A stretch of DNA of 37,231 bases from an uncultured Bacilli bacterium (lineage in GTDB: Bacteria; Bacillota_I; Bacilli_A; RF39; UBA660): the NCBI GenBank assembly GCA_944363815.1, contig CALVVI010000001.1, positions 1-37,231 of the forward strand, given 5' to 3'. The stretch's first letter is position 1. Each line of letters opens with the position of its first letter. The notes beneath the pieces were generated by a model. The model ran no database searches and was not told the origin of the DNA. It worked only from the letters and a program-made list of their open reading frames with translations. Positions 25,683 through 32,839 of this stretch are shown here, piece after piece. Made by a program: the position numbers and the translations under genes.

Positions 25683-26102
25683 ATGAGTAAGAAACAAGAA
25701 TGGACTGCAACTGGTCGGCGTAAAAGAAGCGTTGCTCAAGTAAGAATGACTGGTGGAACTGGTAACATTACTGTAAATGGTGTAGATGTAAATGAATATA
25801 TGCCATATGCAACATTAGTAATGGATTTAAAACAACCACTTGTAGCTACTGGAAATGAAAACAGATTTGATATCGATGTTAAAGTTAATGGTGGTGGATT
25901 TTCTGGTCAAACTGGAGCTATTCGTTTAGGTATTACAAGGGCATTACTAAAATTTGATGCTAATACTGATCAGACTAGAGAAGATAGCTACAGACATATT
26001 CTTAAGAATGCTGGATTTATTACTAGGGACCCTAGAGTTAAAGAAAGAAAGAAATATGGTCTTAAGAAAGCACGTCGTGCTCCACAATTTTCTAAGAGAT
26101 AG
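25683..26102 (+). CDS. rpsI: 30S ribosomal protein S9
   Basis: '[19 protein letters not shown]', 'GGG.SGQ.GAIRLGI.RAL' and the C-terminal '[23 protein letters not shown]' are canonical S9. Confidence 0.95.
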   Translation: MSKKQEWTATGRRKRSVAQVRMTGGTGNITVNGVDVNEYMPYATLVMDLKQPLVATGNENRFDIDVKVNGGGFSGQTGAIRLGITRALLKFDANTDQTREDSYRHILKNAGFITRDPRVKERKKYGLKKARRAPQFSKR

Positions 26103-26110
26103 TTTATTTT

Positions 26111-26134
26111 ACTTGCCTTTTGGCAAGTTTTTTT
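26111..26134 (+). terminator. Rho-independent terminator of rplM-rpsI
   Basis: ACTTGCC (26111-26117) / GGCAAGT (26122-26128) with a TTTT loop, followed by TTTTTTT. Confidence 0.75.
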
Positions 26135-26179
26135 GTTTATTAAATATTCTTCTTGTGATATATTTTAGTCATCAGAGGT

Positions 26180-26602
26180 GTGATGATGGATAAAGTGGAT
26201 AAATTAAAAATTGTAGTTACTGGAATTTTATTATTAGTAGTTTTAATTGCTATCTTTGTAAAATTAAATATTGATAAGAACGAAGAATATAATACATGCG
26301 ATGGAGAAAATATTGATGAGTGGGTGTATACAACTGGGGCATTAGAGTATGATACTTGTGTTGATAAAAATAATAAATTATTGTTTATAGATAGGAATAA
26401 GGCCTTAGAAAAAGTAAAAGAAGAAAGAAATATAGCACTAGATTATATCCAAAATGAATTGGATTTAGAAGAATTATCGGAAGATAATTATCAAAAGTAT
26501 TGTGAGTATGCTAAAAATGTTGATGAAAATCATGAATATTATGATGATGTTTTATTTTTAAAGAATTTCTTTGATGTCTATGACAATAATTTTTTTAGGT
26601 AA
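26180..26602 (+). CDS. Hypothetical N-terminally anchored acidic protein
   Basis: GTG/ATG cluster after an AGAGGTG RBS. TM 'IVVTGILLLVVLIAIFV', then a 110-aa acidic domain rich in Glu, Asp and Tyr with 3 Cys. I recognise no family. Confidence 0.6.
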   Translation: MMMDKVDKLKIVVTGILLLVVLIAIFVKLNIDKNEEYNTCDGENIDEWVYTTGALEYDTCVDKNNKLLFIDRNKALEKVKEERNIALDYIQNELDLEELSEDNYQKYCEYAKNVDENHEYYDDVLFLKNFFDVYDNNFFR

Positions 26603-26608
26603 GTTGGT

Positions 26609-27064
26609 ATGAAAGATAAACGTGTTTTATTGTTGTTGTGGATTGTAATAGTTTTAGTAGGTTTTGTCGGAGTTTTTTTGTATCAGTGTTTGGTATTTAG
26701 TTATTCTTTAGAAGACTTAATGGATAAATTGGATGGTTATTGGGTAAAAGTAGATGGAAAAAGTGATTGTGAAGTTGTCATATTTGATGATGAAAAATTT
26801 ATAAGAGGTCCTGTTAATACTGAACCTAATGAATATGCATATGTGATTGAAAGTGAAAAAATAGAGTATAATAATTATGATTTAACTATTAATATAATAG
26901 ATGTAAATGGCAATGAAGAAGATGGAAAAATACATATTGATGTGAGTGATTTAAATGATGGAAAGATATCTCTTAAAACAGAAAATATTGATAATGAATA
27001 TAGCCAATATGAGTTCATTAGTGATAATGAAGATGATGTTTTTGATTATTGTCAATCTAATTAA
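26609..27064 (+). CDS. Hypothetical N-terminally anchored acidic protein
   Basis: TM 'VLLLLWIVIVLVGFVGVFLY', then a 120-aa beta-rich, acidic domain. It starts 6 nt after the previous ORF. I recognise no family. Confidence 0.6.
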   Translation: MKDKRVLLLLWIVIVLVGFVGVFLYQCLVFSYSLEDLMDKLDGYWVKVDGKSDCEVVIFDDEKFIRGPVNTEPNEYAYVIESEKIEYNNYDLTINIIDVNGNEEDGKIHIDVSDLNDGKISLKTENIDNEYSQYEFISDNEDDVFDYCQSN

Positions 27065-27070
27065 TCGTAA

Positions 27071-27106
27071 AGAGTTCTCTAAATGGTGGATAAGAGAACT
27101 TTTTTA
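27071..27106 (+). terminator. Rho-independent terminator
   Basis: Stem AGAGTTCTCT (27071-27080) pairs with AGAGAACT+TT (27093-27102) across a 12-nt loop, followed by a T-run to 27105. Confidence 0.6.
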
Positions 27107-27132
27107 GTGTATAATTTTTCTAGGTGATTTAA

Positions 27133-27996
27133 ATGCGACTTAGTAATGAATGGACAGATTATGAATGTATTGATGCCGGCAATGGTGAAAAATTAGAACG
27201 CTGGGGCAATATTATTTTACGAAGACCTGAACCGCAAGCAATGTGGCCGATTGAAATGGATAAAAAATGGGATAATGTAAGTGGGACGTATTATCGTTTT
27301 AAAGATGGTGGTGGTCACTGGGAATTTCGGGATAAGCTTCCAGATTATTGGACGGTTAATTATAAAGATTTAAAATTCAAGGTAAGTCCAACTAATTTTA
27401 AGCATACTGGGTTATTTCCGGAGCAAGCCACTAATTGGGATTTTATGATGGATAAAATTCGTAATGCTAATCGTCCTATAAAGGTTTTAAATTTGTTTGC
27501 TTATACTGGAGCAGCAACAATGGCTTGCAGTAAGTCTGGAGCAGAAGTAGTTGTGCATGTCGATTCAGCAAAAGGGATGGTTCAATGGGCAAAAGAAAAT
27601 ATGCATTTGTGTGGTCTTGATGATAACTATATTCGTTTTATTGTCGACGATTGTTTGAAGTTTGTAGAACGAGAAATACGTCGAGGCAATAAATATGATG
27701 CAATTGTCATGGATCCTCCGAGTTATGGAAGAGGACCTAATGGAGAAGTTTGGAAACTTGAACACAATTTAGAGTACTTAGTTAAAAGATGTAGTGAACT
27801 TCTTAGTGATGAACCTTTATTTTTCTTAATTAATGCTTATACAACTGGTATTTCCAGTACAGTTTTATATAATATTTTAAAGTTAACTATTGGGGCAAAG
27901 TTTGGTGGTAAAATAGATAATGGAGAGGTAGGATTACCAATTAGTAAAAATGGACTAGTCTTACCATGTGGTATATATGGCAGATGGCAAAGTTAA
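27133..27996 (+). CDS. Class I SAM-dependent (rRNA large-subunit RlmI/K-like) methyltransferase
   Basis: 'VLNLFAYTGAATMACSKSGA.VVHVDSAK' (SAM motif I region), 'YDAIVMDPPSYGRG' (the DPPxF/Y motif of the PF10672-type family) and 'HTGLFPEQ'. It occupies the position of the ybaJ-type methyltransferase downstream of rpsI in Bacillus. Confidence 0.8.
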   Translation: MRLSNEWTDYECIDAGNGEKLERWGNIILRRPEPQAMWPIEMDKKWDNVSGTYYRFKDGGGHWEFRDKLPDYWTVNYKDLKFKVSPTNFKHTGLFPEQATNWDFMMDKIRNANRPIKVLNLFAYTGAATMACSKSGAEVVVHVDSAKGMVQWAKENMHLCGLDDNYIRFIVDDCLKFVEREIRRGNKYDAIVMDPPSYGRGPNGEVWKLEHNLEYLVKRCSELLSDEPLFFLINAYTTGISSTVLYNILKLTIGAKFGGKIDNGEVGLPISKNGLVLPCGIYGRWQS

Positions 27997-28639
27997 TGTA
28001 ATATATGAAGATAATCATATAATTGTAGTTGAAAAGCCAAGAAATGTATTAGTTCAAGCGGATAATACTAAAGATTTAGATTTACTTGCAATAGTAAAGA
28101 AATATTTAAAAGAAAAATATAATAAACCAGGAAATGTTTATTTGGGACTTGTTCATCGATTGGATAGGCCGGTTGGGGGAATAATGATTCTAGCCAAAAC
28201 GAGTAAAGCAGCTGGAAGGCTTTCAGATAGTATTCGGAGACATAATTTCCAAAAAACTTATTTAGCTGTGTTATGTGGTAAAATTACAGGTTCTGGGGTC
28301 TTGGAAGATTATTTAAAAAAAGATGAAAAGACCAATATAACAAGAGTATCACCTGATGGCAAGTATGCTAAATTAGAATATGAAGTATTAGCTTGTAATG
28401 ATGAAAAGAGTTTAGTAAAAATTAACTTAGTAACTGGAAAGTCGCATCAAATAAGGGTGCAATTTGCTTCACGTAATTTGCCGTTATGGGGTGATCAAAA
28501 ATATAATAAAAAAGCTGTAGTTGGTGAGCAAATTGCTTTATGGGCTTATAAAATTAAATTTGAACATCCAGTTAGTAAAGAAATTTTGGGATTTAAATTA
28601 AACCCTAAAAGCGAGTATCCTTGGAATATATTTAATTAA
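27977..28639 (+). CDS. RluA-family pseudouridine synthase (no S4 domain)
   Basis: 'VIYEDNHIIVVEKP', catalytic 'HRLDRPVGGIMILAKT', 'Y.A...G' and 'GKSHQIRVQFA' motifs. ATG 27977 is preferred. GTG 27968 is the alternative. Confidence 0.85.
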   Translation: MADGKVNVIYEDNHIIVVEKPRNVLVQADNTKDLDLLAIVKKYLKEKYNKPGNVYLGLVHRLDRPVGGIMILAKTSKAAGRLSDSIRRHNFQKTYLAVLCGKITGSGVLEDYLKKDEKTNITRVSPDGKYAKLEYEVLACNDEKSLVKINLVTGKSHQIRVQFASRNLPLWGDQKYNKKAVVGEQIALWAYKIKFEHPVSKEILGFKLNPKSEYPWNIFN

Positions 28640-28643
28640 AAAA

Positions 28644-28667
28644 AGATGACTTTAATTTGGGTCATCT
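28644..28667. terminator. Hairpin terminator between the convergent rluA-like gene and the 702-aa/83-aa operon
   Basis: AGATGAC (28644-28650) / GTCATCT (28661-28667) with a 10-nt loop. The A-run at 28638-43 gives a good U-tail for the minus-strand transcript. The tail is weaker (ATTTTG) for the plus strand. Confidence 0.55.
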
Positions 28668-28673
28668 ATTTTG

Positions 28674-28925
28674 TTATGTGAAATCTTCTTCTAAATCTAA
28701 GTAATATTCAGTAATTAATTTGCTTAGAATAAATGGATCATTTACTTTTTGAATATATGATTCATTATTTTCGTTTATTTCTTTTAAAACAATATAATCT
28801 TGAGTTGGAGTATCATCTTTTTCTAAACGTACTGCTAAGAAGTAATTTTCATTATCTATTTTATTATCTAGTAATAAAAGATATGATGTATTATTTTCTA
28901 AATCAATTATTTCATTAGGTTTCAT
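28674..28925 (-). CDS. Small acidic protein, DUF1292-like pattern; paralog of the ORF at 24864-25130
   Basis: 83 aa and very acidic. It starts 3 nt after the stop of the 702-aa ORF. See the alignment blocks given for the 24864 ORF. Confidence 0.6.
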   Translation of the reverse strand: MKPNEIIDLENNTSYLLLLDNKIDNENYFLAVRLEKDDTPTQDYIVLKEINENNESYIQKVNDPFILSKLITEYYLDLEEDFT

Positions 28926-28928
28926 AGA

Positions 28929-31037
28929 TTATCTATTAACTCCTTCCTCTAAGGCATCTTCTACATAATTTAATTTGTTGTAAGCATTTTTAATAGATTC
29001 TTTTATTTTGCGAATTAATCGATCTTTTTCATCTTTATTTAAATTAGAATTCATTCTTATATCATTAATTAATTCATGAGCTTGATCTGCCATACCATCC
29101 GGAAAATTATAGGTGTTATTTTCTAAATTTTTTATTTCTTGAAGATACGATTTATATTCAGATGATTTATTTTTTAATGCGCTTCCAATACCTGTAAGTC
29201 CTAAACCAACGATGCCTGTTGTTAGTAATCCTTTGCTAATGGCTCCGACTTGACTTATTGCATTAGCAGCATTAGCTCCCATAGCTGTAGCAAATTTTGT
29301 TAATTCTGTTCCACCGAATGTCCAAATGCCTGTTTGAACATCATATAGTGCTTTAGTTCCCGTCATAGTTTCAATGGCTGAGGCTAGAGATGTATTAGCA
29401 GCATGTAAGGCTACTTGTTCGCTAGCTATTGCATCTCCCCATAAAGCACCATTGTTTATCATGGCAGCACTTAAATTTGCTACTTCTGTTGCTTGAAGCA
29501 TAGACGTAATTGCTGGAATAAGTGCTTGAAGAGCAATTATTAAACTAGCCATTAGTAGCGAAACTCCAACAGCAATTAAAATTTGTTTTTTATGTTTTGA
29601 AATCCATTTGCAGGCTCTTCTAGCTACGACCTTAATTTTAGGTTCTTCAACAGGTGGTTCATCTAAATTAATGGTAAATGGACGAGTAGCTAGATAGTTT
29701 TCAGAGTGGTGGCTGTTTAGATTTTGACTTAATGAATAAATTGCATTTTCTTGTTTAGTATTATATTCGTTTTTACTAGGCAGCTCTATAACTGATGGAG
29801 CAGATTGAGCATCTTTGTTATTAATAGCAAGGGAGCTGTTAACCATATTTTCTGGTCTAGTATTGTATTCATTTTTGCTTGGCAATTCGATAATTGATGA
29901 AGCTGGTTGGCTAGAGAAATTATGCGTATTTTCTTCTGATTTTTGGGCATTCGATACTGAGGGTTCTGGATTGTTTTTTGTAACTCCTTTTTCAGGAACA
30001 ATATTGAAAGAGAAGTAATTATTGCTTTTTTCTTCTAATTTGTTCTCATTTTCTAATGTACTTGGCAATTCAATAACTGATGGAGTTGGACTTTTTCCTT
30101 CAACTTGTTTTTTAGAATTGTTGTCTAATTTTATTTCTTCATTTTTAGTACTTGTTGGTAATTTTGAGGATACTTGCTTATTTAAAACTTTTTCTTTACC
30201 GATTAATGCAAAATATTTTTCATCTGGCATTTGTCCTAACTCTGTTTGAATTCTTAAGTCCATATAATCAAAATCTTTTTTCATGTTGGCAAAATTATTT
30301 TCTAGATAACTTTGCATAGCAATTAAAACTTTATATTCACGTGAATAATCTAACAAGATAGGCTTATTATTAATAATAGTTATTGGTTGATATTTATTAG
30401 CTTTTTGGCTTTCTTTTATAATAGTATTAATTCTATTATTAACATTGTTAAGTTCTTCTTTTATATTTTGGTTTATTTGTTTTTGTTTTTCTTTTTCGAT
30501 TTCTTCACTATATAATTTAACACCAGTTAATTCAGCTAATTCTTGATATTCATATTTTGACTTTTGATTTTTATAATTATTGTTAACAATTTCTTGCATT
30601 CTAAGTAAGGCATTGTATCTTTCTAAGTCACTTTTTAAAACGCTATTGTGATCATTTGCTAGAGAAAATTGCCCGCGGGTAGAAGATTTAGCATATTCGA
30701 CTATTTCTTCTAATTTAGCATTAATTTGTTTGCTTTCATAATTAATTTTAGCATTATTACTATTTGTTTCAATTTCTCTTTTTTCTTCTTTTAGAGATAT
30801 GCCTGCTATTTTGGCTAAATCTTGAAATTCATGGTTTGTTTTTAAATCTTCTGAGTTGCTATTAATAATTTCTTGCATTCTTAGTAAGGCATTATATTTT
30901 TCCAAGTCACTTTTTAAAACAGTTTTATGATCATTTGCCAAAACTATTTGCCCCCATACTGTGGTTTTACTATTATTCTGTATTTCTTCTAATTTTGAAC
31001 TAATTGAGTTTTTAATATTTTCTAAATTTGTATTCAT
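28929..31037 (-). CDS. Hypothetical 702-aa internally repetitive membrane protein (no recognised family)
   Basis: Uninterrupted ORF with a GGGAAAGGG RBS and an upstream TGATAAAAT extended -10. No signal peptide. Three ~93-aa N-terminal repeats, three 'SVIELPS' motifs, hydrophobic helices at aa 486-510 and 603-620 flanking an Ala/Gly/Thr-rich segment, and a charged helical C-terminus. Confidence 0.75.
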   Translation of the reverse strand: MNTNLENIKNSISSKLEEIQNNSKTTVWGQIVLANDHKTVLKSDLEKYNALLRMQEIINSNSEDLKTNHEFQDLAKIAGISLKEEKREIETNSNNAKINYESKQINAKLEEIVEYAKSSTRGQFSLANDHNSVLKSDLERYNALLRMQEIVNNNYKNQKSKYEYQELAELTGVKLYSEEIEKEKQKQINQNIKEELNNVNNRINTIIKESQKANKYQPITIINNKPILLDYSREYKVLIAMQSYLENNFANMKKDFDYMDLRIQTELGQMPDEKYFALIGKEKVLNKQVSSKLPTSTKNEEIKLDNNSKKQVEGKSPTPSVIELPSTLENENKLEEKSNNYFSFNIVPEKGVTKNNPEPSVSNAQKSEENTHNFSSQPASSIIELPSKNEYNTRPENMVNSSLAINNKDAQSAPSVIELPSKNEYNTKQENAIYSLSQNLNSHHSENYLATRPFTINLDEPPVEEPKIKVVARRACKWISKHKKQILIAVGVSLLMASLIIALQALIPAITSMLQATEVANLSAAMINNGALWGDAIASEQVALHAANTSLASAIETMTGTKALYDVQTGIWTFGGTELTKFATAMGANAANAISQVGAISKGLLTTGIVGLGLTGIGSALKNKSSEYKSYLQEIKNLENNTYNFPDGMADQAHELINDIRMNSNLNKDEKDRLIRKIKESIKNAYNKLNYVEDALEEGVNR
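29745..30083 (-). repeat. In-frame coding repeats: three copies of the (P/S)S(V/I)IELPS(K/T).E(Y/N)N motif
   Basis: aa 319-336 'PSVIELPSTLENENKLEE', aa 379-397 'ASSIIELPSKNEYNTRPEN' and aa 413-431 'APSVIELPSKNEYNTKQEN'. The matching DNA is visible as CTTGGCAATTC(A/G)ATAA(C/T)TGATG(G/A)AG on the + strand. Confidence 0.8.
30228..31007 (-). repeat. In-frame coding repeats: three tandem ~93-aa units in the N-terminal cytoplasmic region
   Basis: Unit 1 'KLEEIQ..(T)VWGQIVLANDHKTVLKSDLEKYNALLRMQEIINSN'. Unit 2 'KLEEIV..TRGQFSLANDHNSVLKSDLERYNALLRMQEIVNNN'. Unit 3 is diverged ('INNKPILLDYSREYKVLIAMQSYLENN'). Units 1 and 2 are offset by 279 nt, and 64 of the first 72 aligned nt are identical by hand count (from 30588 vs from 30867). 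Confidence 0.8.
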
Positions 31038-31152
31038 ATTTTCAACCCTTTCCCTGCCTATATTTTATCATGAATTAGTATTTTTTTAAACTTTTTTCTT
31101 TTGATTTGCTTGTTTTGTGTAAACTGTTTTTTTAAAACGAATAAATATTAAT

Positions 31153-31800
31153 ATGAAATATTATTGGAAAGTATTGTGTTCATTTGTAATAGTTTTTTTG
31201 TTAATGTATGGAATACCCGTTAAAGCCGATTTGCCCCTTGCTGGAAAAGTTATAATTATTGACCCTGGACATGGTGGTAAAGATCCAGGTACTACTTATA
31301 AAGATATTTATGAAAAAGATATTAACTTAAGTATTAGCTTGAATTTAAGAGAATATTTAAGTGAGTATGGAGCAACTGTAATTCTTACACGAGATAACGA
31401 CAATGATTTAAGTTATGGAGAGACCAATCATCGTAAGAAAACTGACTTTGATAATAGAATAAAAATAATAAATGATGAATATACAGATATGTATTTGTCA
31501 ATTCATCTAAATTACTTAGCTAATACTAAATATTATGGTGCGCAAGTGTTCTATAATAAGAATAATGAAAAATTAGCATCAAGTATTCAAGAATATCTAA
31601 ATAATAATTTGGAAACAAATAGGGAAATTAAAGAGATACCAACATCTACATACATGTATAAGAAATTAGAAAAAAGAGGTGTATTAATAGAGTGTGGTTT
31701 TTTATCAAATGCAATGGAAAGAAGTAAATTAGTAACCAAAGAATATCAAAAAGAGGTGGCAAAAGTAATTGCAGAAGCTGTAGTTAATTATTATAAATGA
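31153..31800 (+). CDS. cwlD: Germination-specific N-acetylmuramoyl-L-alanine amidase CwlD (Amidase_3)
   Basis: N-terminal TM/signal anchor, 'KVIIIDPGHGGKDPGT', 'SIHLN' and 'ECGFLSN' motifs. About 215 aa. It lies in the conserved position downstream of the rpsI block, as in Bacillus. Confidence 0.85.
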   Translation: MKYYWKVLCSFVIVFLLMYGIPVKADLPLAGKVIIIDPGHGGKDPGTTYKDIYEKDINLSISLNLREYLSEYGATVILTRDNDNDLSYGETNHRKKTDFDNRIKIINDEYTDMYLSIHLNYLANTKYYGAQVFYNKNNEKLASSIQEYLNNNLETNREIKEIPTSTYMYKKLEKRGVLIECGFLSNAMERSKLVTKEYQKEVAKVIAEAVVNYYK

Positions 31801-31874
31801 TATAAATTCACCTATTTATCACATTTTTTTTACATTAAAGACATTAAAAGTTAGTATATTTATTACGTCGTTTG

Positions 31875-31883
31875 TGATATAAT
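31875..31883 (+). promoter_or_regulatory. Candidate extended -10 promoter element for the Abi_2-htrA unit
   Basis: TGATATAAT (TATAAT at 31878-31883), ~25 nt upstream of the AAAGGCGG RBS and GTG 31909. Confidence 0.4.
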
Positions 31884-31908
31884 GTTTAAAGTAAAGGCGG
31901 TTTAGTGT

Positions 31909-32838
31909 GTGAAGACAAAGACTTTTAAGACATTGGATGAACAAATTGACATTCTAGCTAATAAGGGTTTGGTTTTTGAAGATACTTTAAATGCTAAATC
32001 TATTTTACTAAGGGAAAATTATTTCTTTTTAAGTGGTTATCGGCATGTTTTTTTGAATCCCGATGGTAAGACTTTTATTGAAGGTACAAAATTTAGAGAA
32101 TTGTATGCCATGTTTACTTTTGATAGACAACTTAGAAATATAATATTTAAAAATATTTTGATAGTTGAAAACAATTTAAAAAGTATTTTGGCATATGTAA
32201 TGAGTAAGAATCATGGTTTTAAAGAAAATAATTATTTAAATCCTCATAATTTTGTCAGAGATTCTAAAAAAAACAAGCAAATAAATGATTTAATTAGAAA
32301 AATGAAAAGACAGATTAGTGTCAATGGAAAGCAACATGCTGCAACAGCTCATTATTTAATTAATTATGGGTATATTCCTTTGTGGGTTGTAGTTAAGGTT
32401 TTATCTTTTGGAATTGTTGGTGAGTTGTACACTATATTACAATATCAAGATCAAAAGGAAATTGCAGATGTATTTGGTGTTGATATATATAGTATGGTTG
32501 AGTATTTGCCAATTTTAGCTAATTATCGTAATTTATGTGCTCATGAAGATATTTGCTACAATAATAAGACACAGAAAGTTATTGAAGATAATAAATATCA
32601 TAAGTTGCTATATATTCCTAAGATCAATGATGAATATATTTATGGAAAGAATGATTTATTTGCTTTGATAATTATTTTAAAATTTATGTTAAAAGAAGAT
32701 GATTTTACTTTGTTTATGAATGAAATTAGTTATGAGTTAGACAGACTTTCTGGAAAGCTAGAGGTAATCAAAATTGATAAAGTTTTACATGCAATGGGAT
32801 TACCGAATAATTATAAAGAGATAGTGAGGTTAGATTGA
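31909..32838 (+). CDS. Abi_2 family (AbiD/AbiF-like) abortive-infection protein with a C-terminal HEPN-type R-x4-H motif
   Basis: 'TLDEQIDILANKGLVFED...AKSILLRENYFFLSGYRHVF', 'LYAMFTFDRQLRN', 'IPLWVVVKVLSFG' and 'ANYRNLCAHEDICYN' follow the Abi_2 (PF07751) consensus as I remember it (YYRLSGY; FD..LR; P.WV..E..SFG; RN..AH..R.WN). GTG start. Confidence 0.85.
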   Translation: MKTKTFKTLDEQIDILANKGLVFEDTLNAKSILLRENYFFLSGYRHVFLNPDGKTFIEGTKFRELYAMFTFDRQLRNIIFKNILIVENNLKSILAYVMSKNHGFKENNYLNPHNFVRDSKKNKQINDLIRKMKRQISVNGKQHAATAHYLINYGYIPLWVVVKVLSFGIVGELYTILQYQDQKEIADVFGVDIYSMVEYLPILANYRNLCAHEDICYNNKTQKVIEDNKYHKLLYIPKINDEYIYGKNDLFALIIILKFMLKEDDFTLFMNEISYELDRLSGKLEVIKIDKVLHAMGLPNNYKEIVRLD

Positions 32839-32839
32839 T

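Noticed and set aside
11-30249. Many 60-105-aa ORFs in the six-frame track lie antisense to, or out of frame within, strong genes. They are 11-196(-), 324-542(-), 6931-7248(-), 8104-8295(-), 11724-11933(-), 12205-12393(-), 12463-12753(-), 15424-15627(-), 15843-16040(-), 16388-16606(-), 17435-17680(-), 23839-24060(-), 23948-24160(-), 24666-24851(-), 25954-26193(+), 27565-27765(-), 28733-28918(+), 29786-30001(-), 29815-30018(+) and 30022-30249(+).
   Set aside because: Each is fully embedded in a longer ORF with clear family motifs or coding features. They lack an RBS and have low-complexity Ile/Phe/Asn-rich translations typical of shadow ORFs in AT-rich DNA. None has independent support.
29745-31007. 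Repetitive DNA that could be mistaken for a CRISPR array or a non-coding tandem repeat.
   Set aside because: The repeats are in frame within one uninterrupted 702-aa ORF. The unit lengths are 279 nt and ~50 nt with variable spacing, and there is no repeat-spacer regularity and no cas genes. They are coding repeats.
31821-31849. ACATT occurs three times (31821, 31832, 31841), including a tandem ACATTAAAG/ACATTAAAAG pair just upstream of the abi promoter. This could be an operator.
   Set aside because: The repeats are too short and A/T-rich to distinguish from chance or from a generic UP-element in ~70% A+T DNA. No cognate regulator gene lies adjacent.
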